Assembly: GCA_902384455.1 (NCBI GenBank)
Contig: CABMCB010000069.1
Coordinates: 1 to 41,843, forward strand
Reading direction: 5' to 3'
Source of the DNA: an uncultured archaeon
GTDB taxonomy: Archaea; Altiarchaeota; Altiarchaeia; IMC4; SCGC-AAA252-I15
Length of the DNA stretch: 41,843 bases
Shown here: positions 17,020 through 25,308 of the stretch, one piece after another
How positions within the stretch are numbered: the stretch's first letter is position 1
How the letters are laid out: the number at the start of each line of letters is the position of its first letter
Program-made: the position numbers and the translations under genes
Notes under the pieces: generated by a model
Databases searched by the model: none
Told to the model about the DNA's origin: nothing
The model's input: only the letters and a program-made list of their open reading frames with translations

Positions 17020-19247
17020 CCCTGTCCGAACCCCTCGAGTGAGGTCTTCTTGGTCTCTGGTTTCTTCTCTTCCTTGTCTTCTTCACCCTCTTTCTTCGGG
17101 TGGTGATACTGTATTCCGGACCATCCCGTCTTTCTCATCATTCCCACCGTTCTCTTTTCTTCACGGCATGTTGGCAGGATATGGGTGATGTCACGCCCGA
17201 CCACGAGTTTAGATGGCGCTGGTAGATTGCGGTCCCGGCAATAGGCCACGAACTTCCCGTAGAAGTCCTCCTTGGATATCCATCCATCCGAGTCCGGGTC
17301 GACGCAGTCCATCGCGAACGCCTTCAGTGGATTGCTCATGCGGTCGTACAATTCCCTGACGGCTTCTGCTCCGAATTTGTAGGTGAACTCCCCGGTGGTC
17401 AAGACCCTCTTCAGACCTTCAATCGCCCAGTTGAAGAGTCCCGCTATCTCGTCTTCCGTGGTCAGTTTCTTTTTGAGATTTTTGTCCGCGCTTCCTCCGA
17501 GGAAGGCGTTCGGGAAGTTAACAAGCACCCACCGTCTATAGAAAGCGGTCGAGTCGTCCTTCGTTGCTGGAAGTTTGTTGCACGAGAATATCAGTTTGGC
17601 ATAATTGATAAATTTGAAACCGTCTTTGAATTTTCGCTCGGCGTCGACCGCGTCTTCTCCTACGAGCATCTTAAACTTCCCGGTCGATATCAGTGACTTG
17701 TCCGGAAGGTCCGCGTATATGTTGGCGAGTTTGTCATACAGTCTGCTCGACGCGAACCTGTTGTTATCGAGGTCCACCAGTGGAACACTGGCCACATTCT
17801 CGTCACCGAGGAAGCATCGAATTACATCCATGAGCGTCGACTTCCCATTGGCGCCGTCCCCGATGAACATGAACGCCTTCTGAAGAGGGTTCTCCCTCAG
17901 TAGTGTGTATCCGAACAATTCTTGAACGAGTTCCACTTCATTCGGTTTGACAACCTCTTTTACAAACTTCTTTATCGCGGGAGCATCCTTTGTCTGGTCG
18001 AAGATTATCGGCAACCTCATCGTGTATATTTCTTCAGGGTTGAACGACTCCACCGTCATCTTGTCCATGTCGAATATTCCGTTTCTCAGTGGTATCCTAC
18101 GAGGGTTTCTATTAAATTCTTTTCTATCCGTGTAGGTCCTGACCTTGATGTGCCACACGACCTCGTCGGCGTAATGACTCCCTTTGTCTTTGTCGAGTTC
18201 TACGACGAGGCGTTTGACCAACTGTTCAGCGCCAGTAGCCACGTATATTCCATTACTATAATAATGAAGTTCTTCGTTATCCATAGCGGTCTTGAAGGTG
18301 TATCGTTTCATTATCTCTTCCGCCATAGCGGACTCTTCTTCGAATGGGTCTGCGTCCTTCCGTGGCCGTCCGGGCCTCTTGACCGGCTTCAGACCGTGTT
18401 CCTTGATAGCAGTCTTGACCGCGTCTTTGAATTTATCGCCTCGGAGTCCACCGGGCACCGATTCGTCGCATCTGATTATTCCTTTCATTACCGCGATGAG
18501 CGATAACACACCCCCGCCCGACCCGCACCGATAGCAGTGCCAGACCCCTTTAGTCTGAGACACACTGAAATTTTTACCAGTCGTTGACCCGTGGACCGGA
18601 TGAGGCCCCTGATAAGCATCGCCCGTGATTGTGAATTTGCTCACATCTATAATCTTCAATATATCGAGGTCTTTCAGATTCATGTCCAACTGCTGTGCCT
18701 GTCCATCTTCGAGGTTCTTTGAGCGCTCATCGTCGAATTTTATGAACTCGCCGAGGGCCTGGTGCAACTGCTCCATTTTTACCGACGCCACTTCACGGTC
18801 ACTCTCGACAGTGTACGGATTTCCGCTCGGATGTATAGACGATGGTCCAACGACCTGCGCTCCCACGCCTCGGATGTGACCAAGATTCTCTTTAGGATTG
18901 GTGGCGTCCTGTAACGGTCTTGTCTTCTTGTCACCGTCTGTAATCTTAAAATAATAATGACACCCGCCACCACCGGTCCTGACCGTGTATGTCAACGGGA
19001 GTCCTTCGTCCACGAGGAGACATATCTCGTCCGTGTCCGCATCGACCACAACTATATCCGCGGACCCGCACAGAACCCCATAATTTCCGCCCGACCTGAG
19101 ATGTGTTAGCAACCTCTCATCCGTCGCCAGGTAGTTCTTTGTGTTCTGCCAGTCGTCCTCGAGTGGACGCTTGTCTTTCGTTGCGACTAATATGAATCGC
19201 AATCCGTCTATATTCTTGAGACGGGCCGGTATTTCCGTTTGGCTCAC
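17016..19247 (-). CDS. AEP primase-polymerase + Zn finger + D5/P4-type SF3 helicase
   Basis: NYGV..G..IVVVDAD, TGGGGCHYYF, VVGPSSIHPSG; HPVH..WHCYRC; GDGANGKST, FSCNKLP, AFYRRW. Confidence 0.94.
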   Translation of the reverse strand: MSQTEIPARLKNIDGLRFILVATKDKRPLEDDWQNTKNYLATDERLLTHLRSGGNYGVLCGSADIVVVDADTDEICLLVDEGLPLTYTVRTGGGGCHYYFKITDGDKKTRPLQDATNPKENLGHIRGVGAQVVGPSSIHPSGNPYTVESDREVASVKMEQLHQALGEFIKFDDERSKNLEDGQAQQLDMNLKDLDILKIIDVSKFTITGDAYQGPHPVHGSTTGKNFSVSQTKGVWHCYRCGSGGGVLSLIAVMKGIIRCDESVPGGLRGDKFKDAVKTAIKEHGLKPVKRPGRPRKDADPFEEESAMAEEIMKRYTFKTAMDNEELHYYSNGIYVATGAEQLVKRLVVELDKDKGSHYADEVVWHIKVRTYTDRKEFNRNPRRIPLRNGIFDMDKMTVESFNPEEIYTMRLPIIFDQTKDAPAIKKFVKEVVKPNEVELVQELFGYTLLRENPLQKAFMFIGDGANGKSTLMDVIRCFLGDENVASVPLVDLDNNRFASSRLYDKLANIYADLPDKSLISTGKFKMLVGEDAVDAERKFKDGFKFINYAKLIFSCNKLPATKDDSTAFYRRWVLVNFPNAFLGGSADKNLKKKLTTEDEIAGLFNWAIEGLKRVLTTGEFTYKFGAEAVRELYDRMSNPLKAFAMDCVDPDSDGWISKEDFYGKFVAYCRDRNLPAPSKLVVGRDITHILPTCREEKRTVGMMRKTGWSGIQYHHPKKEGEEDKEEKKPETKKTSLEGFGQG

Positions 19248-19272
19248 AAACGTATCCCCAGTGATGACGTCA

Positions 19273-19533
19273 CTAACCCGTCTGTTGTTCTGTCGTCGAT
19301 GTTCTGGCCTTACGCTCCAACTCCATTTTTATTTCTTGGAGTTCAAGTTCGAGACTGCGTATCAAGTCGTCACCGCACAACTGCGGGTCATAGACGGTGA
19401 AATGATACGCACCGATGAGGATTCTTGCCCTCCGTCCGTCACTACCGCCTTTCACGAGAACCGACTTCATACCATCATCGATGTATAGTTTTCCGTCGGA
19501 TACGCTCTTGTCTTTCTCAACCATCAAAACCAC
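19273..19533 (-). CDS. Hypothetical protein
   Basis: GAGGGG RBS; lies upstream of the primase-helicase. Confidence 0.6.
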   Translation of the reverse strand: MVLMVEKDKSVSDGKLYIDDGMKSVLVKGGSDGRRARILIGAYHFTVYDPQLCGDDLIRSLELELQEIKMELERKARTSTTEQQTG

Positions 19534-19539
19534 GTCCCC

Positions 19540-19935
19540 TCTGTGGTGTCCCTTTGGGTCATTGTTACCCCAATGGTTGACCGAATATTTATATTCTCGC
19601 TTCTGTGGCCTTATGTCATTTCATCCATAAGGGGTGTCACGACTGTCACGAGTTGGGTTTTTTGGAGACACCTGGGGAGATTTGGTTCCGACCGCGATGA
19701 TTTTTCGACAACCCGCTTCGAAAATCTCCAATTCGCTCGGCACCGAAGCCAAAATGTCCGTATTGTCCCGAATGTCACGCACCACCGTTAATCCCCCCTA
19801 TGATTAATTATATTCCCCCTATTCATCCATAATGTACTAATTTCTCGCGCCTGCAATAATTACTGAAGGTGTTCCCTTCCTGACAGTTAGAAGGGGTTAA
19901 ATACATGAAATGACATTATGTCACTTGGTGACATT
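19540..19935. promoter_or_regulatory. Largest intergenic region: divergent promoters and candidate replication origin
   Basis: AT-rich patch ~19790-19865, repeated TGTCA(C)/(G)TGACA sites, TATA-like TTAAATA 19897-19903, near-palindrome TGACATTATGTCA 19911-19923. Confidence 0.5.
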
Positions 19936-20145
19936 ATGGGTGATAAGCCAACATCGTATCGAACAGTGACTAAACATGGTGGGTCCGCGACTTTAACGAT
20001 ACCGGCAAAATTTAAGGTTTCGCCGGGAACACTCGTCGTCATGACGATGGTCAGCGACGATAAATTCGAGGTCGAGATTATCAAGCGTCCCAACTCCGAG
20101 AAGGGTGACGGCACCGACGATAAACTTACACCAGAAGCGGTTTAA
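19936..20145 (+). CDS. AbrB/SpoVT-like transcription regulator
   Basis: RTVTKHGGSATLTIPAKFKVSPGTLV. Start 19936 (alternative 19918). Confidence 0.8.
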   Translation: MGDKPTSYRTVTKHGGSATLTIPAKFKVSPGTLVVMTMVSDDKFEVEIIKRPNSEKGDGTDDKLTPEAV

Positions 20146-20353
20146 TCTCGACGCTCTTCCATCCTATCTGTTTGTAGACACGAGCCTCGGTCATCGCGTC
20201 CATGAAGCAATCGAAGTCGCCGACGTGATGACCTTTTTCACCGTCTGGTGAAATAACCTCTTTAACTGAAACTTCATCATCGCCCTCGAGTAGAAGGTGT
20301 AGCGCCTCGACGCTGGGCGCTCCTTTAAGAACGATGCACCAGTGGTCAACCAT
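20126..20353 (-). CDS. Hypothetical protein
   Basis: Start moved to MVDHW; fits the operon. Confidence 0.55.
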   Translation of the reverse strand: MVDHWCIVLKGAPSVEALHLLLEGDDEVSVKEVISPDGEKGHHVGDFDCFMDAMTEARVYKQIGWKSVEIKPLLV

Positions 20354-20540
20354 CGTCACATGCTCCCATGATACCGTCGTGAAACGCCTTGTAAAGGGCA
20401 AGGCGATACTCCAGGTCTTCTACTTTGTTCTGAAGTTCGAAGATGATACGGTTTCTGGCCTGTATTTCGGAGACTCGACCATTCGTCTCTTTCAGTTGTC
20501 GACGGATAAGTTTCCGATATTTGGGGTGACCGCCGCTCAT
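20346..20540 (-). CDS. Small coiled-coil protein
   Basis: Fits the operon; heptad pattern. Confidence 0.6.
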   Translation of the reverse strand: MSGGHPKYRKLIRRQLKETNGRVSEIQARNRIIFELQNKVEDLEYRLALYKAFHDGIMGACDDG

Positions 20541-20542
20541 GG

Positions 20543-20707
20543 TCAACCCTCTTTCTTAATCCCCTTGTCGTGGCATCGCTGGCGGACGCGGTTGACGCGG
20601 ATGAGGAACTGGCCCGTGTTCAACTCGCCTGAGACGTACTTCCAATAGAAGGTTGCTATAGCCTTCTCGACGTCCTCGACGCTGATGGCCTGGTCCTCGT
20701 GGGACAT
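20543..20707 (-). CDS. Small hypothetical protein (54 aa, MSHEDQAISV...), not in the ORF track
   Basis: Translated by hand; fills the gap exactly; GGAGGG RBS. Confidence 0.6.
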   Translation of the reverse strand: MSHEDQAISVEDVEKAIATFYWKYVSGELNTGQFLIRVNRVRQRCHDKGIKKEG

Positions 20708-21157
20708 TTACTTCCCTCCCGATAGGCGCTTGGCGGCATCGGCCAGGTCGTCGCCGGACAACTCCTTTCTTCGTAGAGCGAGTTGTCCTTTCAAGTCGAG
20801 CAGGAAGGCACGGGCTTCTTCCTTGTCAATCTCGGCCAGAATCTCTTTGACAATAGGCAAGAGGTCTTTGAACTGTAGCAACATCTTCCCCATGTCTTCG
20901 AGAGGCGCCCGGACATCGGACGCCAGTCTCATAAGTTCTTTGAACACATCGTCGAGAGCACTCACGTAGATGGCCAATTTTGCGGTGAACACGAAGATGA
21001 GAGACTCTATACAGACTATTAGAATATAAACAGATGCCGTGAACCAGGCCGGAAGGTCGTGGCCGGTGTCGTAGACATAGAACCCGACGCCCATCGGCGG
21101 TACGACTATAGCAAGCGCCATAAGGAGCACGAGCAGTTTGACCTTCATCGACATCAC
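20708..21157 (-). CDS. Membrane protein (two TM helices plus helical tail)
   Basis: Two hydrophobic segments followed by amphipathic helices. Confidence 0.78.
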   Translation of the reverse strand: MMSMKVKLLVLLMALAIVVPPMGVGFYVYDTGHDLPAWFTASVYILIVCIESLIFVFTAKLAIYVSALDDVFKELMRLASDVRAPLEDMGKMLLQFKDLLPIVKEILAEIDKEEARAFLLDLKGQLALRRKELSGDDLADAAKRLSGGK

Positions 21158-21388
21158 CTATTCTATCAGTCCTTGGTCTCTTGCCGCTTTAGCGACCGCC
21201 TCGAACTGTTTCAAGAGGAGTAGAAAGTTGGCGAAAGGGACCATCGTTGTCACATTATCGATTGTGAGCGCGGCATAGGGTTCGCCTGTGTTGTCGTCCT
21301 TTCCGAAGACGAGCATGGCGTAGGTCTCGTTGCCCTTATCATCACGCACGGTCCCGTCGAAGCATATCTGTTCTGTCACAACAACCAC
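21158..21388 (-). CDS. Hypothetical protein
   Basis: Abuts its neighbours in the operon. Confidence 0.65.
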   Translation of the reverse strand: MVVVTEQICFDGTVRDDKGNETYAMLVFGKDDNTGEPYAALTIDNVTTMVPFANFLLLLKQFEAVAKAARDQGLIE

Positions 21389-21391
21389 CGC

Positions 21392-23269
21392 CTATAGGTT
21401 GTCTCGTCCCGCCCGGTTGTTCGCGTTGGCTCCGGGTAGGAACTCGGGGTGAGCCGCGGTCTTGCCTGCTCTGAGCGCGATGGCGTTCAGGAACCTGCAA
21501 TACCATTCCCGGCCCTTGGGTCCTGTCTGGATGGCGATGTGGTTCTTAAACTCGTCGACCACAGGGGCCAGGTCGAGCAGTTCCTTCGCTTCTTGGACAT
21601 CCTTCTCGGTCATGAGACCCGCCTTGACAGCGGCGGACACGAAGGCGTTGATTTGGTCAGCGGACCATGACGGGAAGGTGCCGAAGTCCTCGAGTATCTG
21701 CTTCAGGTCCGGGCGGGACATCTGCTTATCGAAGCCTTGCTCGGCCACATCGACTAATTTCTTTCGGTCTTCCGGTTTGGTAGCCAGTCCGAGATACAGA
21801 GTGCCTGCGACGGCTTCGGGAGCGGCGGAAGTGTCCCCGTCGGCCCATGCGACGATATAGGACGATACGGTCGTCATCTGTTCGAGGTATTGCTTAAGTT
21901 CGTCTGGAAGTTCTTTCATCGGTATCTCTCCTTGGTTAGCGACCTGCTGGGGTGCTACCGGGGCCTGCGCGGCGGGAGCGTTGCCAGGACAGGTGTCGGC
22001 GTGTGTTAGGAACTTCTCAATGGTCATCTGCTGGCCGCAACCGCATAGGACCAGGGTTCCCGGCGGTGGTGCCTTGGACTGCCGTGGAGGGGCCTGCGGG
22101 GCCGCTGGCGCGGGCGACGGCCTCGGGGCCGCCGGAGTGCCCATCGGCGACGGCGTGGCCGGAGAAGGCCGTGTGGGATAGAATCCTGGGCCTCCCGCTG
22201 GCGGGGCCTGCTGGGCGAGTCGCTGTGCGGCGTCCTGGGCCTGCTTCGCATCGAGGTCGGGTTTCTTGAGCGCCTTGGCAATCTCGGGAAGATACTCCTT
22301 CCCACGGTCCATTACCGTCTCAGCGATTTCCTTGGCGAACTTGAACTTCTTTTCGGACTGCTCGGCATCGAAGCGCTTCAGGGCAAGTTCTGGGGTGTCC
22401 GCGGACCCTCCGAGACCCGTGGCCTGGAAAGTGGCCTTGGCCTGGTTCATCGCTCCAAAGAGCGCGGTAATGGTCGCAAGAGCATTGGCAAGGTCGTTGC
22501 TCTGACCCTGGGATTTCTGGCCCCCGCCCTCGAGTTCGCGCTGGATGGCGTTGGCGGCCAGTTGCATCAACTTCTCGTCGCCGGTCTTCTTCGCCTGCTC
22601 GAAGAGATTGAGCGCTCGTTGAACGGGGTCGACAAGGAACTGACCGAGAGTGGCGCCCTGGGTCTGCGGTGCGCCTACGACGTTGGTCGGCCCGGTGGTG
22701 GTCCCAGCATCAATGGTGAAAGTGTTCACGAGGCGACCGTCGCCGTCTATGACCTGATATTCACCGGCACCCCACGCCAGAAATACTCTCGAAGGAACAT
22801 CATCGGAAGTTCGCGGCTTAAGTTCTGAACTCCAACCTTGAACCTCTTGCGGCAGAACGACCGTGTTCCCGTTGCGGTCGAATTGAGCAACCTTCTTTCG
22901 GAGACGATACGGTGGTCTGTCGCCAGAGTTGTGTTGAGCGGGACGACCCTCGCCGACACTTTCGGTCGGCGTCTGCTGTGGAGCGGTTGCCTGATTGTTC
23001 TCGATGGACCTTATTTTATCCTGCAAGGAGTCCATCTTCTCGCGCATGTCCTTAACGGCTTCAGACTTCGCGCGTTCTGTGTCGTAGTATTTTTGCTTCC
23101 AGAAGGCGGGGTCTTCGTCGGGTGAAGTGGGCGCGGGCGGGCGGCGCGGAGTCGGCTCTGGCTCTTCGTCGTCCTCGGCGTTCTCGTCGTCACGCTCGGC
23201 ATCGACGCCCTCGTCTTCATCGTCATCTTCCACTTCAACGTCCGGGTCCGGTCCCCGTTTCCTTGTCAT
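21392..23269 (-). CDS. Large hypothetical protein (625 aa): acidic N-terminus, coiled coil, Pro/Ala linker, small Zn-binding motif
   Basis: Long ORF; CGCG...H...C motif; GGAGAG RBS. Confidence 0.85.
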   Translation of the reverse strand: MTRKRGPDPDVEVEDDDEDEGVDAERDDENAEDDEEPEPTPRRPPAPTSPDEDPAFWKQKYYDTERAKSEAVKDMREKMDSLQDKIRSIENNQATAPQQTPTESVGEGRPAQHNSGDRPPYRLRKKVAQFDRNGNTVVLPQEVQGWSSELKPRTSDDVPSRVFLAWGAGEYQVIDGDGRLVNTFTIDAGTTTGPTNVVGAPQTQGATLGQFLVDPVQRALNLFEQAKKTGDEKLMQLAANAIQRELEGGGQKSQGQSNDLANALATITALFGAMNQAKATFQATGLGGSADTPELALKRFDAEQSEKKFKFAKEIAETVMDRGKEYLPEIAKALKKPDLDAKQAQDAAQRLAQQAPPAGGPGFYPTRPSPATPSPMGTPAAPRPSPAPAAPQAPPRQSKAPPPGTLVLCGCGQQMTIEKFLTHADTCPGNAPAAQAPVAPQQVANQGEIPMKELPDELKQYLEQMTTVSSYIVAWADGDTSAAPEAVAGTLYLGLATKPEDRKKLVDVAEQGFDKQMSRPDLKQILEDFGTFPSWSADQINAFVSAAVKAGLMTEKDVQEAKELLDLAPVVDEFKNHIAIQTGPKGREWYCRFLNAIALRAGKTAAHPEFLPGANANNRAGRDNL

Positions 23270-23423
23270 GAGTCTCTCCTCCTGGTTTCTTTTTCTTTAA
23301 AATGATAACGACTTCACGACCGACCCAGGCGATAGGGGTATAGACGGCGCCAACATCGCCGTGCTTACCAACGGTACAAGTTTTGGTTGCGTCCCCCTCG
23401 ACTTTGAACTTGGGCATCCCCAT
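23235..23423 (-). CDS. DUF2080-like (AbrB-fold) small protein
   Basis: TVGKHGDVGAVYTPIAWVGREVVII matches the archaeal family pattern; start uncertain. Confidence 0.7.
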   Translation of the reverse strand: MGMPKFKVEGDATKTCTVGKHGDVGAVYTPIAWVGREVVIILKKKKPGGETHDKETGTGPGR

Positions 23424-23473
23424 TCCCCACGAAAGGTCGGTCCCTTTAATTCGATAGGAAGTATATGGCAAGG

Positions 23474-23540
23474 CCGGTATATTAAAGTATCGTCATCAAA
23501 GTTTTAAGTCCTGTGCTTTAACAAAAGGTATATTAACCCG
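23474..23540. promoter_or_regulatory. Divergent promoter at the early/late strand switch
   Basis: GGTATATTAA occurs twice (23476-23485, 23527-23536). The second copy, with an A-rich BRE-like lead, ends ~25 bp before ATG 23562, consistent with a leaderless archaeal mRNA. Confidence 0.6.
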
Positions 23541-23561
23541 GCTTGACAATATAGGGATGCT

Positions 23562-25307
23562 ATGACAGAGTGTGTTGTCTGCTCCAACCCGGCCACCAAC
23601 TATCTCATCAAGTCCGGTGACAGTCTTTGCGCGAGGTGCGTGAAGAACTTCAGGACCCTCGTGAGAATCAACGGGGGGCATGTTGATATGTCCCGGACCG
23701 GTCTGCTGGAAAGATTGAAGAAGATGGCGCACCCGGTGAAGTTTAGAACGGTTCGCCGGTGGAAGGCAAACCCGGTCGTGGTCGCTAATCCAGAAGATGT
23801 TCGTAAAACCCTAAAGAAAACAGGGCGTTCCGTTTTAGGAAGAATTTCCAAAGAACTTCGCGAGATAAGTCCAAACCGTCCGTGCGTCGTATGTGAAAAA
23901 TCGACAAATGTCTATTTTGAAGGAAAACCATACTGCTCGAAACACATGGAAGATATCCGAAAGAAAATTAGTAAACAACACGGTTTAAATCCAATAAAGG
24001 TCAACGGACGTGAAGAACCGAAAATGTACCTGGACGAGGGTCAGGCCAGAGAAATATACGAACAGATGAAGGCCGACGACCCGGACCGTATAGGGAACTT
24101 CGAGGAATGGAAACGGAGCGAGAAGGATATTTACACATTCGAGGTTCCTCCGAGTAATAATCCCACCGGTCCAAAATCTCGGTTTGACCATCACCGACAA
24201 ATACCGCCACAATGTTTTCAAACGATATCGTGGGCAACCGTACCCATCGAGCACACACCATACAAGGGAAAATATCGTGTCAAAGGTGCATTGGCGGTCA
24301 CGGGACGCCTCAAAAAGAAATGTGCAGATAGATGGGGCGAACGGGGCGTTCGTGTCTGGCGCAGGGCGTGGGCAATCCAGTCGATAATGACGCCGAAGAG
24401 CGCTGGAATGCGAACCACAAAGGGCGAGATGGCACTCGAGAACCCAGGGTTCAAACCGACGCTCATGGCCAAAACGATTATCAAAAAGTTCGGGACATCC
24501 TTCAGGGAAATGGAAGATTGGATGTCGAGTCACGGGATGAGCAACAAGTCGGTCGCGAAGGTCTTTAAAAACCCAAAGAAGGGCGCGAAGAAGACCTACA
24601 GAATGGAAGACTTCGATGTCATGGGTCCCGATGAGATAAACGACCCCAGGATAGCGTACATATTTATGTCGAAAGATGGACAGGTGTCGGGAAATCTCTT
24701 TTGGGAAGAAGGAAAACAACCGCATGTGAGGGGTCTTGTGGGGGAAACGGGAACCATAGAATATAAATATCCCATGAACGCTCCCGCCACGATTCCGAAG
24801 GACCCGGTATCTTATCTCGAAGATTTCGTCAAGCGTATAAATCGTGGCTTGTATGAGAACCCTTCGGCGAAGGACATCGAAAAGGAAGCAAAAGAACACC
24901 CGTGGCTCACGAAGTCTGAGGCGCGGCGCGTCGCAGAAGACCATGAGCGACTCGGTGTCAAAAATCCCGAGGAAAAGGATTTCACAAAACCGTTCTGGAC
25001 AAGAAAAGTGACTAAACTGAGCATCCGTACGGTGGGTTTTCAAGACTTATTGCGGGAGGACGGGCGTTTCCTCTATATCACTTTAGACGACGGTTCGGTA
25101 TACAATTTTATAGTTTCCGACCCGAATCTGACGGTGAAACAACTGGCGCAATACAAAGGACAACCGTATGGTGAAATATACAAATTCATAAATTCTTCTG
25201 AAAAGTTTCACACGAAGCACAACCCTCACGTGATACTTCACGAAACCGAGTTGCCGAACCCCGCAGACGACCCGACGGTTTATTATGGCGGCGGACCGGA
25301 GGGGTAA
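23562..25307 (+). CDS. Multidomain protein punctuated by 11 Asn-Pro motifs, with two N-terminal Zn-finger-like units
   Basis: CVVC..CxxC and CVVC..CxxH units; NP motifs separate compact segments; EH..A..A.DH segment resembles DUF5661. Confidence 0.85.
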   Translation: MTECVVCSNPATNYLIKSGDSLCARCVKNFRTLVRINGGHVDMSRTGLLERLKKMAHPVKFRTVRRWKANPVVVANPEDVRKTLKKTGRSVLGRISKELREISPNRPCVVCEKSTNVYFEGKPYCSKHMEDIRKKISKQHGLNPIKVNGREEPKMYLDEGQAREIYEQMKADDPDRIGNFEEWKRSEKDIYTFEVPPSNNPTGPKSRFDHHRQIPPQCFQTISWATVPIEHTPYKGKYRVKGALAVTGRLKKKCADRWGERGVRVWRRAWAIQSIMTPKSAGMRTTKGEMALENPGFKPTLMAKTIIKKFGTSFREMEDWMSSHGMSNKSVAKVFKNPKKGAKKTYRMEDFDVMGPDEINDPRIAYIFMSKDGQVSGNLFWEEGKQPHVRGLVGETGTIEYKYPMNAPATIPKDPVSYLEDFVKRINRGLYENPSAKDIEKEAKEHPWLTKSEARRVAEDHERLGVKNPEEKDFTKPFWTRKVTKLSIRTVGFQDLLREDGRFLYITLDDGSVYNFIVSDPNLTVKQLAQYKGQPYGEIYKFINSSEKFHTKHNPHVILHETELPNPADDPTVYYGGGPEG

Positions 25308-25308
25308 G

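Noticed and set aside
20708-21157. Holin
   Set aside because: Two TM helices alone are not enough, and there is no adjacent lysin
23235-23423. IS element implied by a 'transposon-associated' DUF2080-like gene
   Set aside because: No transposase, terminal inverted repeats or target duplication seen
23985-25043. 352-aa minus-strand ORF (likewise 35399-36331)
   Set aside because: Antisense shadows of well-supported plus-strand genes, with no motifs
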